Source of the DNA: an uncultured Bdellovibrionales bacterium
GTDB lineage: Bacteria > Patescibacteriota > Minisyncoccia > Moranbacterales > DUUL01
Direction: 5' to 3'
Length of the DNA: 53,481 nt
Assembly (NCBI GenBank): GCA_964643985.1
Contig: CAZXUS010000004.1
Span: forward strand, 1-53,481
In this document: positions 1 through 10,994 of the stretch, piece by piece
Position numbering within the stretch: the stretch's first letter is position 1
How the letters are laid out: each line of letters begins with the position of its first letter
Translations under genes and position numbers: made by a program
The notes under the pieces: model-generated
The model's database searches: none
What the model was told of the DNA's origin: nothing
Seen by the model: only the letters and a program-made list of their open reading frames with translations

Positions 1-287
1 GCACCAGTAATCATATTCTTGATGTAATCAGCATGTCCTGGACAATCAACGTGAGCATAATGTCGTTTATCAGTTTCATACTCAACATGAGCAGTAGCAA
101 TTGTAATTCCTCGCTCTTTTTCTTCTGGAGCTTTATCAATTTCGCTAACAGATTTGTTAGAAGCCATTTTTCCCATCAAAATCATAGAATGTAAAATAGC
201 AGCAGTTAACGTAGTTTTACCATGATCAACATGACCAATAGTTCCTACATTTACATGGGTCTTTCCACGTTCAAATTTTTCACTCAT
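1..287 (-). CDS. tuf: Elongation factor Tu, 5' part (runs off window)
   Basis: ATG at 287; translates [31 protein letters not shown]...ERGITI...[16 protein letters not shown]; downstream of fusA. Confidence 0.98.
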   Translation of the reverse strand, partial: MSEKFERGKTHVNVGTIGHVDHGKTTLTAAILHSMILMGKMASNKSVSEIDKAPEEKERGITIATAHVEYETDKRHYAHVDCPGHADYIKNMITG

Positions 288-383
288 AACAACTTTTCAT
301 TATTTCAAAGGATTTACCACCTAAAAAATAATTATTAAACTTATTAAACTTTATTATATCTAAAATAATAATAAACCATTACA

Positions 384-411
384 ATGATATCAAAACCTAA
401 CTATTTGTCAA
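384..411 (-). promoter_or_regulatory. Putative sigma70 promoter for tuf
   Basis: TTGACA (411-406), 16 nt, TG-A-TATCAT (-10 at 389-384). Confidence 0.45.
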
Positions 412-429
412 ACCAATAAAATTTATCAA

Positions 430-594
430 GGGACTATTTCCGATCACCCTTTTTACTGCCCGTCTCGCGTCGCTTGTCGAGGCGGACTTGCCGAGGCGAA
501 CAATTTTCCAATTTTACCTTAAAATTGATAAATTTCGCAACCCGTCTCACTAAGGCTTGCCGAGGCAGGCAAAATTGTGATTGAAAACAATCCC
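430..594. mobile_element. MITE-like element (TIR family), copy 1
   Basis: Left end GGGACTATTTCCGATCAC, right end GTGATTGAAAACAATCCC (imperfect TIRs); contains GC-rich REP-like hairpins; no ORF. Confidence 0.7.
458..570. repeat. GC-rich REP-like palindromes (family A: CCCGTCTCG..CGAGGCGG), two copies plus a duplicated half
   Basis: gcccgtctcgcgtcgcttgtcgaggcgga (458-486), cttgccgaggcgaa (487-500), cccgtctcactaaggcttgccgaggcaggc (541-570). Confidence 0.8.
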
Positions 595-608
595 CTCAAA
601 AACAAATT

Positions 609-2699
609 TTAAACTTCTCCGTCTTTAATTTTTTGCGCAACATTAGCAGGCACTTCCGCATAATGATCAAATTCCATTGAATAATTGGCTCGTCCTTGAG
701 TCATAGATCTCAACTGAGTTGAATACCCGAACAATGATGCCAAGGGCACTTCCGCAAAAATAACCTTGGTTTTAATTTTTTCATCGCCTCGATCAACCAT
801 TTCCGTAATTTGCCCTCGTTTTGAATTCAAATCTCCCACCACATCGCCCAAGTAATTTTCCGGAGTAGTCGCTTCAACTTTCATAATTGGTTCTAAAATA
901 ACCGGATCAGCAATTTTAGAGGCAGCTTTAAAGGCCATTGATCCTGCTATTTTGAAAGCTCCTTCAGAAGAATCTACATCGTGAAAGGATCCATCATAAA
1001 CCGTCACTTTAATATCCACCATTGGATAACCGGCCTGAATACCTTTTGTCATCGCGCCTTCCACCCCTTTTTTAATAGCCGGAATATATTCACTAGGAAT
1101 AGAGCCTCCTTTAATTTCATTAACAAATTCAAAACTAACACCCTTTTCTTCGGATGGTTCAACTTTCAACCAACAATGTCCATACTGACCTCGTCCTCCA
1201 GATTGCTTGACATATTTTCCTTCAGCTTCAGCCATTTTTCGAATAGTTTCTCGGTAAGCAACTTGTGGTTGACCGACATTAGCTTCAACTTTAAATTCCC
1301 TTTTCATTCGATCCACAATAATGTCAAGATGCAATTCACCCATTCCAGAAATAATAGTTTGAGCAGTTTCTTCATCTGTTCTAACCGTAAAAGTCGGATC
1401 TTCTTCAGCTAATTTCCTCAAAGCAATCGCCATTTTTTCTTGATCCACTTTAGTTTTTGGTTCAATCGAGATAGAAATAACAGTTTCTGGAAATTTAATA
1501 TTTTCTAAAACAATCTGATTTTTTTCATCACATAAAGTATCTCCGGTAGTCGTGTTTTTCATTCCTACTAAAGCTCCAATTCCACCTGCGTAAATTTCTT
1601 CGATTTCCTCCCGATTATTCGCATGCATTTGAAGAATTCGTCCAATTCGCTCTTTCTTTCCTTTGGTTGAATTGTAAACATAAGAACCAGCTTGCAATAC
1701 TCCTGAATAAACTCGGAAAAAAACTAACTGTCCAACATAAGGATCAGTCGCAACTTTGAAAGCCAAAGCTGAAAAAGGTTCTAAATCAATCGCTTTTCGG
1801 GTTATTTTCTTGTCTTCTTCATCGACTTCATTCCCTTCTATATCAGGAATGTCAGCCGGAGAAGGCAGATAATCGACAACAGCGTCCAAAACTTTTTGAA
1901 CTCCTTTATTTTGAAGAGCCGTTCCAGTCAAAACAGGTTCGATTGCTCCCGCAATAGTTCCTTTTCGAATGGCTTTTTTAATTTGTTCTTTAGAAATTTC
2001 TTTTCCTTCTAAATAAGCTTCCATTAAATCATCATCTAATTCAGCAACTCTTTCTATTAATTTTTCTCGCCATTCTTCCGCTTTAGCTTGCAGTTCTTCA
2101 GGAATTTCTTTTTCATCCACAATTTCCCCCATTTTACCAGAGAAAAGATAGGCTTTCATTTCAACTAAATCTACCACACCTTGGTGTTCACCTTCTTCAC
2201 CAATTGGCAATTGAATCGCAACTGCGTTAGAAGACAATCGAGTATGAATAGACTCTAAAGAACGCTCAAAATTAGCACCATCTTTGTCGATTTTGTTAAT
2301 GAAACAAATTCTAGGAACATTATATTTATCAGCTTGTCGCCAAACAGTTTCTGATTGAGGTTCTACTCCTTCCTTGCCATCGAAAATAACCACGCCTCCA
2401 TCTAAGACTCGCAAAGACCTTTCAACTTCCACCGTAAAATCAACATGACCAGGAGTGTCAATAATATTAATTAAACTATCCTTCCAGAAACAAGTAGTAG
2501 CAGCCGAAGTAATAGTAATTCCTCGTTCCTGCTCTTGTTCCATCCAATCCATAGTTGCTTCACCCTCGTGAACTTCTCCAATTTTATGAGAAATACCAGT
2601 ATAAAATAAGACTCTTTCGGTGACAGTTGTTTTACCTGCATCAATATGAGCAATTATTCCAATATTTCTACTTTTTTCAATAGGATATTTCCTAGCCAT
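609..2699 (-). CDS. fusA: Elongation factor G
   Basis: [23 protein letters not shown] motifs; 696 aa; str cluster. Confidence 0.99.
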   Translation of the reverse strand: MARKYPIEKSRNIGIIAHIDAGKTTVTERVLFYTGISHKIGEVHEGEATMDWMEQEQERGITITSAATTCFWKDSLINIIDTPGHVDFTVEVERSLRVLDGGVVIFDGKEGVEPQSETVWRQADKYNVPRICFINKIDKDGANFERSLESIHTRLSSNAVAIQLPIGEEGEHQGVVDLVEMKAYLFSGKMGEIVDEKEIPEELQAKAEEWREKLIERVAELDDDLMEAYLEGKEISKEQIKKAIRKGTIAGAIEPVLTGTALQNKGVQKVLDAVVDYLPSPADIPDIEGNEVDEEDKKITRKAIDLEPFSALAFKVATDPYVGQLVFFRVYSGVLQAGSYVYNSTKGKKERIGRILQMHANNREEIEEIYAGGIGALVGMKNTTTGDTLCDEKNQIVLENIKFPETVISISIEPKTKVDQEKMAIALRKLAEEDPTFTVRTDEETAQTIISGMGELHLDIIVDRMKREFKVEANVGQPQVAYRETIRKMAEAEGKYVKQSGGRGQYGHCWLKVEPSEEKGVSFEFVNEIKGGSIPSEYIPAIKKGVEGAMTKGIQAGYPMVDIKVTVYDGSFHDVDSSEGAFKIAGSMAFKAASKIADPVILEPIMKVEATTPENYLGDVVGDLNSKRGQITEMVDRGDEKIKTKVIFAEVPLASLFGYSTQLRSMTQGRANYSMEFDHYAEVPANVAQKIKDGEV

Positions 2700-2861
2700 T
2701 TTCTTTATAAATAATTTTTAATACAAATATTTTACAGCAAGGCAAACACAACTCAACCAAGCCTTATAGAAATAAAATTTTTGAGCACAATTCGAGACGG
2801 ATTCAAATAATAAATAAAATCTTAATAAATCAATCTTTTCAACCGCTTCGTAAAAGGCTAC

Positions 2862-2983
2862 AAAAACTAAATGTTTGAGTGCAATTCGAGGCAAATTTTC
2901 AATTGCGTATGAGATGTGCTGATATGGCACATCGAAAAGCAATTGGAAATTTAACAAAGAAGTGCGCCAAACATTTAGTTTTT
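2862..2983 (+). repeat. ~120-nt structured hairpin element (family B), copy 1
   Basis: 16-bp perfect terminal IR aaaaactaaatgtttg/caaacatttagttttt; core TTTGAGTGCAATTCGAGG...ACAAAGAAGTGCGCCAAA. Confidence 0.85.
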
Positions 2984-2989
2984 AATTTT

Positions 2990-3457
2990 CTAGGCGAAGT
3001 GAGCAAAGGCTTTATTGGCTTCCGCCATCCGATGAGTATCTTCTCGTTTTTTCATAGCAGCTCCTTTTTTATCAGCCGCATCAATCAATTCATCCGCTAA
3101 ACGAATTGCCATTTTTTTACCTTTTTTGTTTTTAATGGAATCCTTAATCCATCGCATCGCTAAAGTTGTTCTTTTTACTCCAATGACTGGAACTGGAACT
3201 TGATAGTTAGCACCACCAATTCTTCGCCCTTTCAATTCCATTAGAGGAGAAACATTTTTTATCGCTTGCTCGAAAACATTTAAGCCACCTCGATTAGTTC
3301 TGTTATGAATTTCATCAAAAGCATCATAAACAATTTTTTCAGCAATAGTTCTTTTTCCTCGAACTAGTATATGACCAACAAATCGACCCACTAAAAGTGA
3401 ATTATAAACAGAGTCTGCTGACCAATTTTTTTTGTAAACTTTATTCTTTCTAGACAT
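2990..3457 (-). CDS. rpsG: 30S ribosomal protein S7
   Basis: RRIGGANYQVP and HRMAEANKAFAHF motifs. Confidence 0.99.
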   Translation of the reverse strand: MSRKNKVYKKNWSADSVYNSLLVGRFVGHILVRGKRTIAEKIVYDAFDEIHNRTNRGGLNVFEQAIKNVSPLMELKGRRIGGANYQVPVPVIGVKRTTLAMRWIKDSIKNKKGKKMAIRLADELIDAADKKGAAMKKREDTHRMAEANKAFAHFA

Positions 3458-3479
3458 ATTTTAAATAGTTTAAATTTAG

Positions 3480-3600
3480 AAAAATTAAATATTTGAGTAC
3501 AATTTGAGGAAAATCTAAATTTATATACGAGATGTACTGAATGGTATATCGAGAAGTAAATTTAGATTTGACAAAAAAGTGTGCCAAATATTTAGTTTTT
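3480..3600 (+). repeat. Family B hairpin element, copy 2
   Basis: TTTGAGTACAATTTGAGG...GACAAAAAAGTGTGCCAAA; same nested stems; abuts rpsL stop. Confidence 0.85.
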
Positions 3601-4012
3601 ATTTCTTGGGCTTTTTGGTGCCGTATTTAGACCGCCCCTTAATTCGATTTTCCACTCCAGCCGCATCAAGAACACCACGCACCACTTGATATCGAACACC
3701 GGGAAGATCTGGAGTTCGTCCTCCTCGAATCACAACAATTGAATGTTCTTGTAAATTGTGACCGACACCTGGAATATAAGCTGTCACTTCTTTTCCGTTA
3801 GTAAGTCGAACTCGAGCAATTTTTCGAAGAGCAGAGTTCGGTTTTTTAGGACTAGTTGTTCCAATTTTTATACAAACCCCTCGCTTAAAACAAGAAGGAT
3901 AATAAACTGGCTTATTTTTAATAGAATTAAAACCAAAGTCCAAAGCAGTTGTTTTCGATTTTTTAACTACTTTTTTTCTAGGATTTTTTATAAGCTGATT
4001 AATAGTCGGCAC
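3599..4012 (-). CDS. rpsL: 30S ribosomal protein S12
   Basis: [32 protein letters not shown]; GTG start. Confidence 0.99.
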   Translation of the reverse strand: MPTINQLIKNPRKKVVKKSKTTALDFGFNSIKNKPVYYPSCFKRGVCIKIGTTSPKKPNSALRKIARVRLTNGKEVTAYIPGVGHNLQEHSIVVIRGGRTPDLPGVRYQVVRGVLDAAGVENRIKGRSKYGTKKPKK

Positions 4013-4155
4013 GTTTTTTTAAATTAATAATTTAAATTTTTATTCACAAAATTTCTACCGGATAATTAATCCCGTCTTCCTTAATTTACTCTTTACTGAA
4101 GAGAAAACAAAACAAAACAATATTAACTATTGATAAATAATCTTAACTTCTTTTG

Positions 4156-4184
4156 ATTTTACATAAACTTAAGACTCCTGTCAA
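4156..4184 (-). promoter_or_regulatory. Putative sigma70 promoter of str operon
   Basis: TTGACA (4184-4179), 17 nt, TAAAAT (4161-4156). Confidence 0.65.
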
Positions 4185-4198
4185 TACATCTTCAATGT

Positions 4199-5431
4199 TT
4201 ATTTACCCATCTTTTTTCTAATAAAAGCTGGGATTTCAATATCATCATCCAAATCATCCAAAGGATTTTCTTCCGGACCAAATGATCCGCCACTCATTTT
4301 AGATTCATCGCTTTTGAATTTATTATCTTTACCAAAATTATTAGCCGAATCTTCCTCATTATCAAAATCGTCATCCATAAAAGAAGAAACTTTGCTTTTC
4401 TTGAAACCATCTTCATCTTCGAGACTATCTTCTTCCAAATTAAGATCCTTAGAAAAATCACCCTGGGAAATTCCATCATTATCAAAACCAGTCGCCACTA
4501 CTGTAATTTTTATCTCATCTTTTTTGACTGTTTCATCTGAGGCCGCTCCAAAAATTATTCGAGCATTTGGATCAATATTTTCAGTAATAAGTCCAGCTGC
4601 TTCATTGATTTCCATCATAGTCAAATCAACTCCCCCCGTAATATTGAACAAAACCCCCTTAGCTCCATCGACTGAAACATCCAAAAGAGGAGAGCTAATG
4701 GCCTGCTTGGCTGCTTTTTGCGCTCGGTCTTCTCCGGAAGCAACTCCCACTCCCATCAAAGCTGATCCGCTGTCTTGAATCACGGATTTAATATCAGCAA
4801 AATCAACATTAATAATTCCAGGCTTGGTAATTAAATCAGAAATGCCCTGAACACCTTGTCTTAAAACATCATCAACAATTCGAAAAGCATTCAGCAAAGA
4901 CGTCTGTCGATCAACAATTTGTAAAAGTTTATCATTTTGAACAGTAATTGAAGTATCAACTCGATCTTTCAAGTTCTCTAAAGATTCTTCGGCAATTACC
5001 ATTCTTTGTTTTCCTTCGAATGTAAACGGCTTAGTGGCTACACCAACGGTCAAAGCTCCGGCCTCTCTAGCCGCTTCTGCTACAACTGGCCCGGCTCCAG
5101 ATCCAGTTCCACCGCCAGCACCATAAACCACAAAAACCATATCGCAACCCTTAAAGGCTTCTTGAATTTCATCTCGATTTTCTTCAGCCGCTTGACGACC
5201 CAATTCAGGATTCATTCCAGCGCCCAAACCTCGAGTTAAATTTTTTCCAATATGAATTTTTTCACCAGCTGCGCAAGCATGCAAATCTTGAGCATCAGTA
5301 TTAATCGCCACAAAATCAACTCCCGTTAATTTGCATTCAATCATTCGAGTGATAGCATTTCCTCCAGAACCACCAACTCCTGCAACTTTAATCTTAGCAA
5401 ATGTTTCTACTTCCGGTTTTACTTCTGCCAT
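4199..5431 (-). CDS. ftsZ: Cell division protein FtsZ
   Basis: GVGGSGGN, GAGGGTGSG tubulin signature, acidic linker, C-terminal IEIPAFIRKK. Confidence 0.99.
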   Translation of the reverse strand: MAEVKPEVETFAKIKVAGVGGSGGNAITRMIECKLTGVDFVAINTDAQDLHACAAGEKIHIGKNLTRGLGAGMNPELGRQAAEENRDEIQEAFKGCDMVFVVYGAGGGTGSGAGPVVAEAAREAGALTVGVATKPFTFEGKQRMVIAEESLENLKDRVDTSITVQNDKLLQIVDRQTSLLNAFRIVDDVLRQGVQGISDLITKPGIINVDFADIKSVIQDSGSALMGVGVASGEDRAQKAAKQAISSPLLDVSVDGAKGVLFNITGGVDLTMMEINEAAGLITENIDPNARIIFGAASDETVKKDEIKITVVATGFDNDGISQGDFSKDLNLEEDSLEDEDGFKKSKVSSFMDDDFDNEEDSANNFGKDNKFKSDESKMSGGSFGPEENPLDDLDDDIEIPAFIRKKMGK

Positions 5432-5513
5432 TTGTATTTAAATTACGTTTAATAAAAAGATGTTAAGAAATTCTAGCAAGTTTTAAGAAAAAGTCAAATA
5501 TTAAACCTTTTTG

Positions 5514-5912
5514 GGGACTGTTTCCAACCATAATTTTTAAACGAAACTAATTAATTTTGCCTTGTCTCGCTTGCTTTAGCAGGCGGAAGATAAATTATTT
5601 AAAAATTTTTGAAGCTTCAGCGTTAGTTAAGGCAAAATAATTTTTAAATAATCAGAGTTTACTTTTTATTATTATTTCGTTATTAAAATTTTATAATTTT
5701 TAAATTAAATTTTTTAAATAATTTTTGAAACACTAACTTATGTTAATGTAATAAAATTTTTAAATAATTTAATTAAAAATTTAAGATTTTAGTAGAAATA
5801 ATGATAGAGAGTAAGCTCTTAAGCCAAAATTGGAAAATTGTCCGCCTCGGCGAGCAAGACGAGACGGGCCTTGGCGAGACGGGCAGTAAAAAAGATGGTT
5901 AGAAACAGTCCC
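5514..5912. mobile_element. MITE-like element (TIR family), copy 2, ~400 bp
   Basis: TIRs GGGACTGTTTCCAACCAT / ATGGTTAGAAACAGTCCC (17/18); right end resembles the reverse complement of 430-515; family A hairpins at 5561-5587 and 5841-5884; long internal AT-rich IR 5659-5814. Confidence 0.75.
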
Positions 5913-5925
5913 TTACCATTAAAAA

Positions 5926-7179
5926 TTAGTTTCCTGGTAACAAATTTTTAAACCATTTTTTAGCAGTATTAAGCATTTCTATATCTAATTTTTTGCCAAT
6001 TTTATTTTGAGAATTTGTCCCAATTGAATGTTCTCCTTCTTCTACCACCCAAAGAACTGCTCCGGCTACCACTGAACAAGAAGGATCGTCAATCTTGTCG
6101 ACTAAACCTGATAAACCGCTCGGGAATCCGACTTGAGCCGGAAGTTTTAAATTCTCCTTAGCCAAATCAATCATCCCATAAAGACAAGATCCCCCCCCGG
6201 TCAAAACGGCTCCAGCTGGCAATAAAGCTGACCGATTAATTTTTTTCAATTCTTTTTCCACTAATTGAAAAATTTCTTCCACTCGAGCTTCAATAATTTC
6301 AGCAATATGCCTTCTAGAAACCACTCCTTCTTCATCTGAACAAAGATTTGCTAAATTAATTTTTTCATTTTTGTTAATTTCTTGGGGAATGGCCGAACCA
6401 TATTTTAGTTTAGCCTTTTCCGCTACGTCGATAGCCGTCCTCATCCCAATTGCCACATCATTAGTAATATGATTAGCTCCAATCGGCAATACCGATAAAT
6501 ACACTAATTCTCGCTCCTCGAAAACTGCTAAAGAAGTTGTTTCTCCTCCAATATCAATAGAAACTACTCCTAATTCTTGCTGTCTTTTATTTAAAATAGC
6601 CTTAGCTACTGCCAAAGGCGCTGCGATAAAACCGTTTAAATCCAAATTAGCTTGACTTATACATTTTGCAATATTCCTGAGATAAGGCGTAAATCCAGTA
6701 ATTACAACACCCTTCATCTCAAGTCGAACGCCAGTCATTCCAACTGGTTCTCGAATTCCTCTTTGATCATCTAGTGAAAAACTCTGGGGAATAATATGTA
6801 AAATTTCATAATTATGAGTTAAATTGATAGCTTGACTAGAATCGATGACTCTCTCAACATCATCTTCTGTCACCTCTCCATCAGCCTTGCTAACTCCAAT
6901 TACTCCTTTAGTTGAAACACATCTTAAATGACTTCCTCCAACCGAAACAAAAACATCCTCAATTTGAACACCTGACATTCTTTCGGCTTTTTCGACTGAA
7001 GACCGGATGGATTTTACGACATCTTCCAAGTCAATTATTACTCCCTTCCTCATTCCTAAAGACTGAGTTCTTCCGACTCCTACAACTCTTGGTTTTTCTC
7101 CTGGAATTACCTCAGCCACAACGACCCTAACGAAAGAAGAACCGATGTCTAAAACTGTTATATATTTTTGTTTTATCAT
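5926..7179 (-). CDS. ftsA: Cell division protein FtsA
   Basis: LDIGSS, IDIGGETT, VLTGGG actin-like ATPase motifs; upstream of ftsZ. Confidence 0.97.
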   Translation of the reverse strand: MIKQKYITVLDIGSSFVRVVVAEVIPGEKPRVVGVGRTQSLGMRKGVIIDLEDVVKSIRSSVEKAERMSGVQIEDVFVSVGGSHLRCVSTKGVIGVSKADGEVTEDDVERVIDSSQAINLTHNYEILHIIPQSFSLDDQRGIREPVGMTGVRLEMKGVVITGFTPYLRNIAKCISQANLDLNGFIAAPLAVAKAILNKRQQELGVVSIDIGGETTSLAVFEERELVYLSVLPIGANHITNDVAIGMRTAIDVAEKAKLKYGSAIPQEINKNEKINLANLCSDEEGVVSRRHIAEIIEARVEEIFQLVEKELKKINRSALLPAGAVLTGGGSCLYGMIDLAKENLKLPAQVGFPSGLSGLVDKIDDPSCSVVAGAVLWVVEEGEHSIGTNSQNKIGKKLDIEMLNTAKKWFKNLLPGN

Positions 7180-7239
7180 TTACATTTTTATTGAAATTTT
7201 TCCGACTTAAACTAAATTTTACAAAATATTCTTTGACTT

Positions 7240-7617
7240 TTAATTAACAATACAATTTCCGCTACCAGAGATGGAACAGGTTATATTAATAGAACCGCAC
7301 TTTACTTTTATATCATTAGTAGTATCAGGATCAGCAACAACATAAGCACAACCCGTTTCCAAGACTGGATAATCTATGCCTCCACATAAAATAGCGCCAC
7401 CAGGTGCAGTTGGACTAGTCATATTAGTTCCTTTTATATAACACTCGATTGCATAAGGCAAAACAGAATTAAGACTTTCAAGGGCTGTAGCTGACCGAGC
7501 TTTTTCTCTTTGTCCTGAAACTCCGACTAAAATTGTTCCAGCTAAAATACCAATAATAGCTATAACCAATAACATTTCAATTAAAGTAAACCCTTTTTGT
7601 TTTTTTATTTTTTTCAT
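7240..7617 (-). CDS. Type IV pilin-like protein
   Basis: Class III signal KG|FTLIEMLLVIAIIGILA; six Cys in the C-terminal domain. Confidence 0.93.
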   Translation of the reverse strand: MKKIKKQKGFTLIEMLLVIAIIGILAGTILVGVSGQREKARSATALESLNSVLPYAIECYIKGTNMTSPTAPGGAILCGGIDYPVLETGCAYVVADPDTTNDIKVKCGSINITCSISGSGNCIVN

Positions 7618-7700
7618 TTTTTTTATTTAATCATTTTAATTTTTATACTAAGTTAATAGTAGCACTTATTTTGAAAAATGCAAAATAAATATTAATAAAA

Positions 7701-8936
7701 TTAAGCTTTAATTTTTTTTACAATTTCATCCATTTTAATCCCCCTAGAACCTTTAACTAGAACCAAATCTCCGGGCTGAATTAATTCTTTAATTAAATTT
7801 TTGGCTTCCTCTGAATTTTCAAAAACCATCACATTTTCTTGATTTTTAGAATTTTTTAAGTAGGATTGAACCGCCATTTCCATTCGGCTGCCAATTGCCA
7901 CGAAATAATCAACTTCTAATTGAGCTACTTTTTTCCCAACCGCTTGATGACTTCTAGTTTCTTCCTCTCCTAATTCCAGCATATCACCCAAAATTACAAT
8001 TTTTCGAATCGCTTCAATTTCCGCCACCAAATCTAAAGCCAAATTTAAACTAGCTGGTGCACTATTGTAGCTATCATCAATGATAATTGAATTATTAATA
8101 CCTTTAAACAAAGTCATTCGCCCCGAACAAGGCTCGAAATCTTTTAAAGATTCGATCATCTCAATTAAATTCAAATCAAAATATCTACCGACTGATAAAG
8201 CCGCTAAAATCGAATAAACATTGCCTTTACCAACACAACATTTCAATCGAACCGGTAAAACTTTTCCTTGATAATTTAACTTGAAATTAATGCCATCGAT
8301 TTTTTGGGTTTTTTCATTAACCTCAACTTTAAAAATAATATCAGTCGCTTTCATTTCAGCTTCAGCTTCCAAACCATAACCAATTTTATTCACTGAAAGT
8401 TTTTTCCCAATTTCTCGAATAATTTTATTGTCCCAATTATAAATAGCCATTCCTTTCTCCGTCACACTCCTTAATAAATAGCCTTTTTCAGTCGCTAAAG
8501 CTTGTTTAGTTTTAAAATTTTCTAAATGAGAGATGCCAATTTCAGTCAAAACCCCAACCGTTACGGGAATAAAATCACAAAAATATTTTATATCGCCTGG
8601 CTTATCAGCCCCCATTTCTAAAACTAAAATTTCTGGATAATTTTTATCGAAAAGCAAAGCCTTAAACCAATAGCCAATAATTCCCCACATTTGCAAAATC
8701 TTATTTCGCTTATAATCAATTTGACAACCCAAAATTGTCAAGGTGACACCAATTTCATTATTATAATTTTTAGCACTACTTCTAACTCGAAATTTAATTC
8801 CCAGCACTTTGTTGATAGCTTCTTTGGTCGTTGTTTTTCCAACACTCCCCGTAATTGCCACCACAATCGGCTTTCTTTTTTGCAAAACTGATCTAGCCAT
8901 CAATCTTAATATTTTCTGAATAAGCTTGTTTTTCAT
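7701..8936 (-). CDS. murF: UDP-MurNAc-tripeptide:D-Ala-D-Ala ligase
   Basis: ITGSVGKTTTKE, NYNNEIG, DDSYNS, GDMLELG, LVKGSR. Confidence 0.92.
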   Translation of the reverse strand: MKNKLIQKILRLMARSVLQKRKPIVVAITGSVGKTTTKEAINKVLGIKFRVRSSAKNYNNEIGVTLTILGCQIDYKRNKILQMWGIIGYWFKALLFDKNYPEILVLEMGADKPGDIKYFCDFIPVTVGVLTEIGISHLENFKTKQALATEKGYLLRSVTEKGMAIYNWDNKIIREIGKKLSVNKIGYGLEAEAEMKATDIIFKVEVNEKTQKIDGINFKLNYQGKVLPVRLKCCVGKGNVYSILAALSVGRYFDLNLIEMIESLKDFEPCSGRMTLFKGINNSIIIDDSYNSAPASLNLALDLVAEIEAIRKIVILGDMLELGEEETRSHQAVGKKVAQLEVDYFVAIGSRMEMAVQSYLKNSKNQENVMVFENSEEAKNLIKELIQPGDLVLVKGSRGIKMDEIVKKIKA

Positions 8937-9041
8937 AAAGTTAGTTTTTCAACAGTAATACTATTTTCAAATAACCACTCCCACCCAAGTCTTGAAAATT
9001 AATAAGTGTTGGTTAATTGAAAGTGGTATAATTTTAAAAAA

Positions 9042-10937
9042 TTAATCCTCTTCTTTTTCTTCTTCAATTTTTTCATTTTCCCCATTTTCATCATCCTTTG
9101 AAATAAAATTCAAATAATCATGAGATCTATTAAATTTTTCTAAATCATTCTTAGTATACTGCTCAGTCGGTTTAATTCCATAATGTTCAAATAAAAATTT
9201 TGACATTTCCCCAAAAACTGGACCAGCCGTACTTTCCGCCCACTCAACATCTTTAGGATTATCAACTACCACTAACATCGCAAATTTAGGATTACCAACG
9301 GGCCCGAATCCAGCAAAAGAACCCACGGTTGCATCTTCAACATAACCTCCTTTTTCTTTATCAGAAATTTGAGCCGTCCCCGTTTTTCCGGCTATTCGAT
9401 ATCCTGGCACTCCGGCTGGTTTTCCATGACCATTGACCACATTACTTTCCAACATTAAACCAATCTTATTGGAAGCGTCTTGTGAAACTGCCTTCCGAAT
9501 CACTTCTCTTTTAACATCCTTCTTTGTTCCATCATTTTTAATAACAGTTTTTATTATCTGAGGTTTTACTAATTCTCCACCGTTAGCCAAGGCTGAATAA
9601 GCTGTGGTAAGTTGAATCGGCGTGACGGTTATTCCTTGACCAAAAGAAGCTGTATAATATTCGATATCTCGATTGGTTTTTAAATTAGAAATATTACCCG
9701 CCAATTCTCCCTTTAACTCAACTCCCGTTTTTTTACCAAATCCAAATTTTTCAACATAATCCAAAAATTTATTATTGCCTAATTTTTGCTCGACATAAAT
9801 GACTCCAGTATTTATTGATTTTTCAATTATCTGTGTCATCGTCTGCTCTCCGTAAACTTTTTCTTCTGAATTTTTAATCGTATAACCAGAGATTTCAACT
9901 TCCCCTTTGTCGATATAAGTTTCATCTGCTTTGATAACTCCGGCATCCAAACCAGCCGCCATCGTAAAAGCTTTGAAAACAGAACCGCATTCATAAACAT
10001 GCGCTAAATTTGAATTCATATAGATACTATTACTTTCAACTTTGGAAAAATCATTCAAATTAAAAGTCGGCTCTTGCGCCATCGCTAAAATATCGCCAGT
10101 ATAAGGATCCATAATAATAATTCGTCCTCCATCGGCTTGATGCTTTTCAACAGCATTTTTCAAAGTTAATTCCGCTTTAAATTGGATGGCATAGTCCAAG
10201 GATAAAACTAAATCCAAACCATTTTGAGCGGGGCTAGTAAATCTTTTCCCAATTGAAATCCAACGACTTCCAGCGTCTTTTTCCTGCTTTAACCAACCGC
10301 TTTTTCCCAACAATAAATCATTATAAGTTTTTTCTACTCCGTACAAACCTGTTTTTTTACTTTCTTTATTATAACCCTCAAAACCAATAACTTGCGCTGC
10401 CAATGAATTATTAGGATAATATCGCCAGCTTTCATTTTCCAACTGAATTCCTTCGTGATTTAATTCTTTAATTTTTTCTACTTCTTCATCTGATATTTTT
10501 CTCTTCAAAGGTTCGTAAGCGTCCTTTCTTTTTAACAACTTCGAATAAACAGCCTCTCTTTCTAAACCTAAAATTTCACTTACTTTATAAGATAAAACTT
10601 CAGCCGTATCGTCTTCAATAATGCTAGGTACTGCAAAAACCGTGAACATATCCTTATTGGTAGCCACCGGCAACAAACCGTCATCCTCGTTCAAAAAAAT
10701 TTCTCCCCGCTTTGACTCTAAGGTGAATTGAGAAAAATGTTGATTGTCTGCTTTCTCCTTATAATAAGCATAACTTTTAACTTGTAAAATATATAATCTA
10801 AAAAAAATAATTCCGAATAAAAACAAAACCAGAAAAGAAAGAACGTTAATCCGATTTTTAAAAATATTTTCTCGATTGTCACTATTTCTTTCTCTTTTTC
10901 TAATATTATTGTTAACCATAATGATTGATAACGACAC
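9042..10937 (-). CDS. ftsI: Class B penicillin-binding protein (FtsI/PBP2 family); start may be ATG at 10919
   Basis: N-terminal TM, RGEI, SxxK (SVFK), SxN (SIN), KTGT; dcw position. Confidence 0.9.
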   Translation of the reverse strand: MSLSIIMVNNNIRKRERNSDNRENIFKNRINVLSFLVLFLFGIIFFRLYILQVKSYAYYKEKADNQHFSQFTLESKRGEIFLNEDDGLLPVATNKDMFTVFAVPSIIEDDTAEVLSYKVSEILGLEREAVYSKLLKRKDAYEPLKRKISDEEVEKIKELNHEGIQLENESWRYYPNNSLAAQVIGFEGYNKESKKTGLYGVEKTYNDLLLGKSGWLKQEKDAGSRWISIGKRFTSPAQNGLDLVLSLDYAIQFKAELTLKNAVEKHQADGGRIIIMDPYTGDILAMAQEPTFNLNDFSKVESNSIYMNSNLAHVYECGSVFKAFTMAAGLDAGVIKADETYIDKGEVEISGYTIKNSEEKVYGEQTMTQIIEKSINTGVIYVEQKLGNNKFLDYVEKFGFGKKTGVELKGELAGNISNLKTNRDIEYYTASFGQGITVTPIQLTTAYSALANGGELVKPQIIKTVIKNDGTKKDVKREVIRKAVSQDASNKIGLMLESNVVNGHGKPAGVPGYRIAGKTGTAQISDKEKGGYVEDATVGSFAGFGPVGNPKFAMLVVVDNPKDVEWAESTAGPVFGEMSKFLFEHYGIKPTEQYTKNDLEKFNRSHDYLNFISKDDENGENEKIEEEKEED

Positions 10938-10994
10938 TGCTTAACTGCAAAAGAGACTATTTCCAAAAAAGAAAACATTACTAAGCTAAAAATT

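Noticed and set aside
2718-3100. ORFs 2718-2957 and 2879-3100
   Set aside because: They run across the family B hairpin or antisense to rpsG; no protein features.
8974-9027. Second MraZ site before murF (GTGG twice on the minus strand)
   Set aside because: Spacing is 7 nt rather than ~10 and there are only two boxes.
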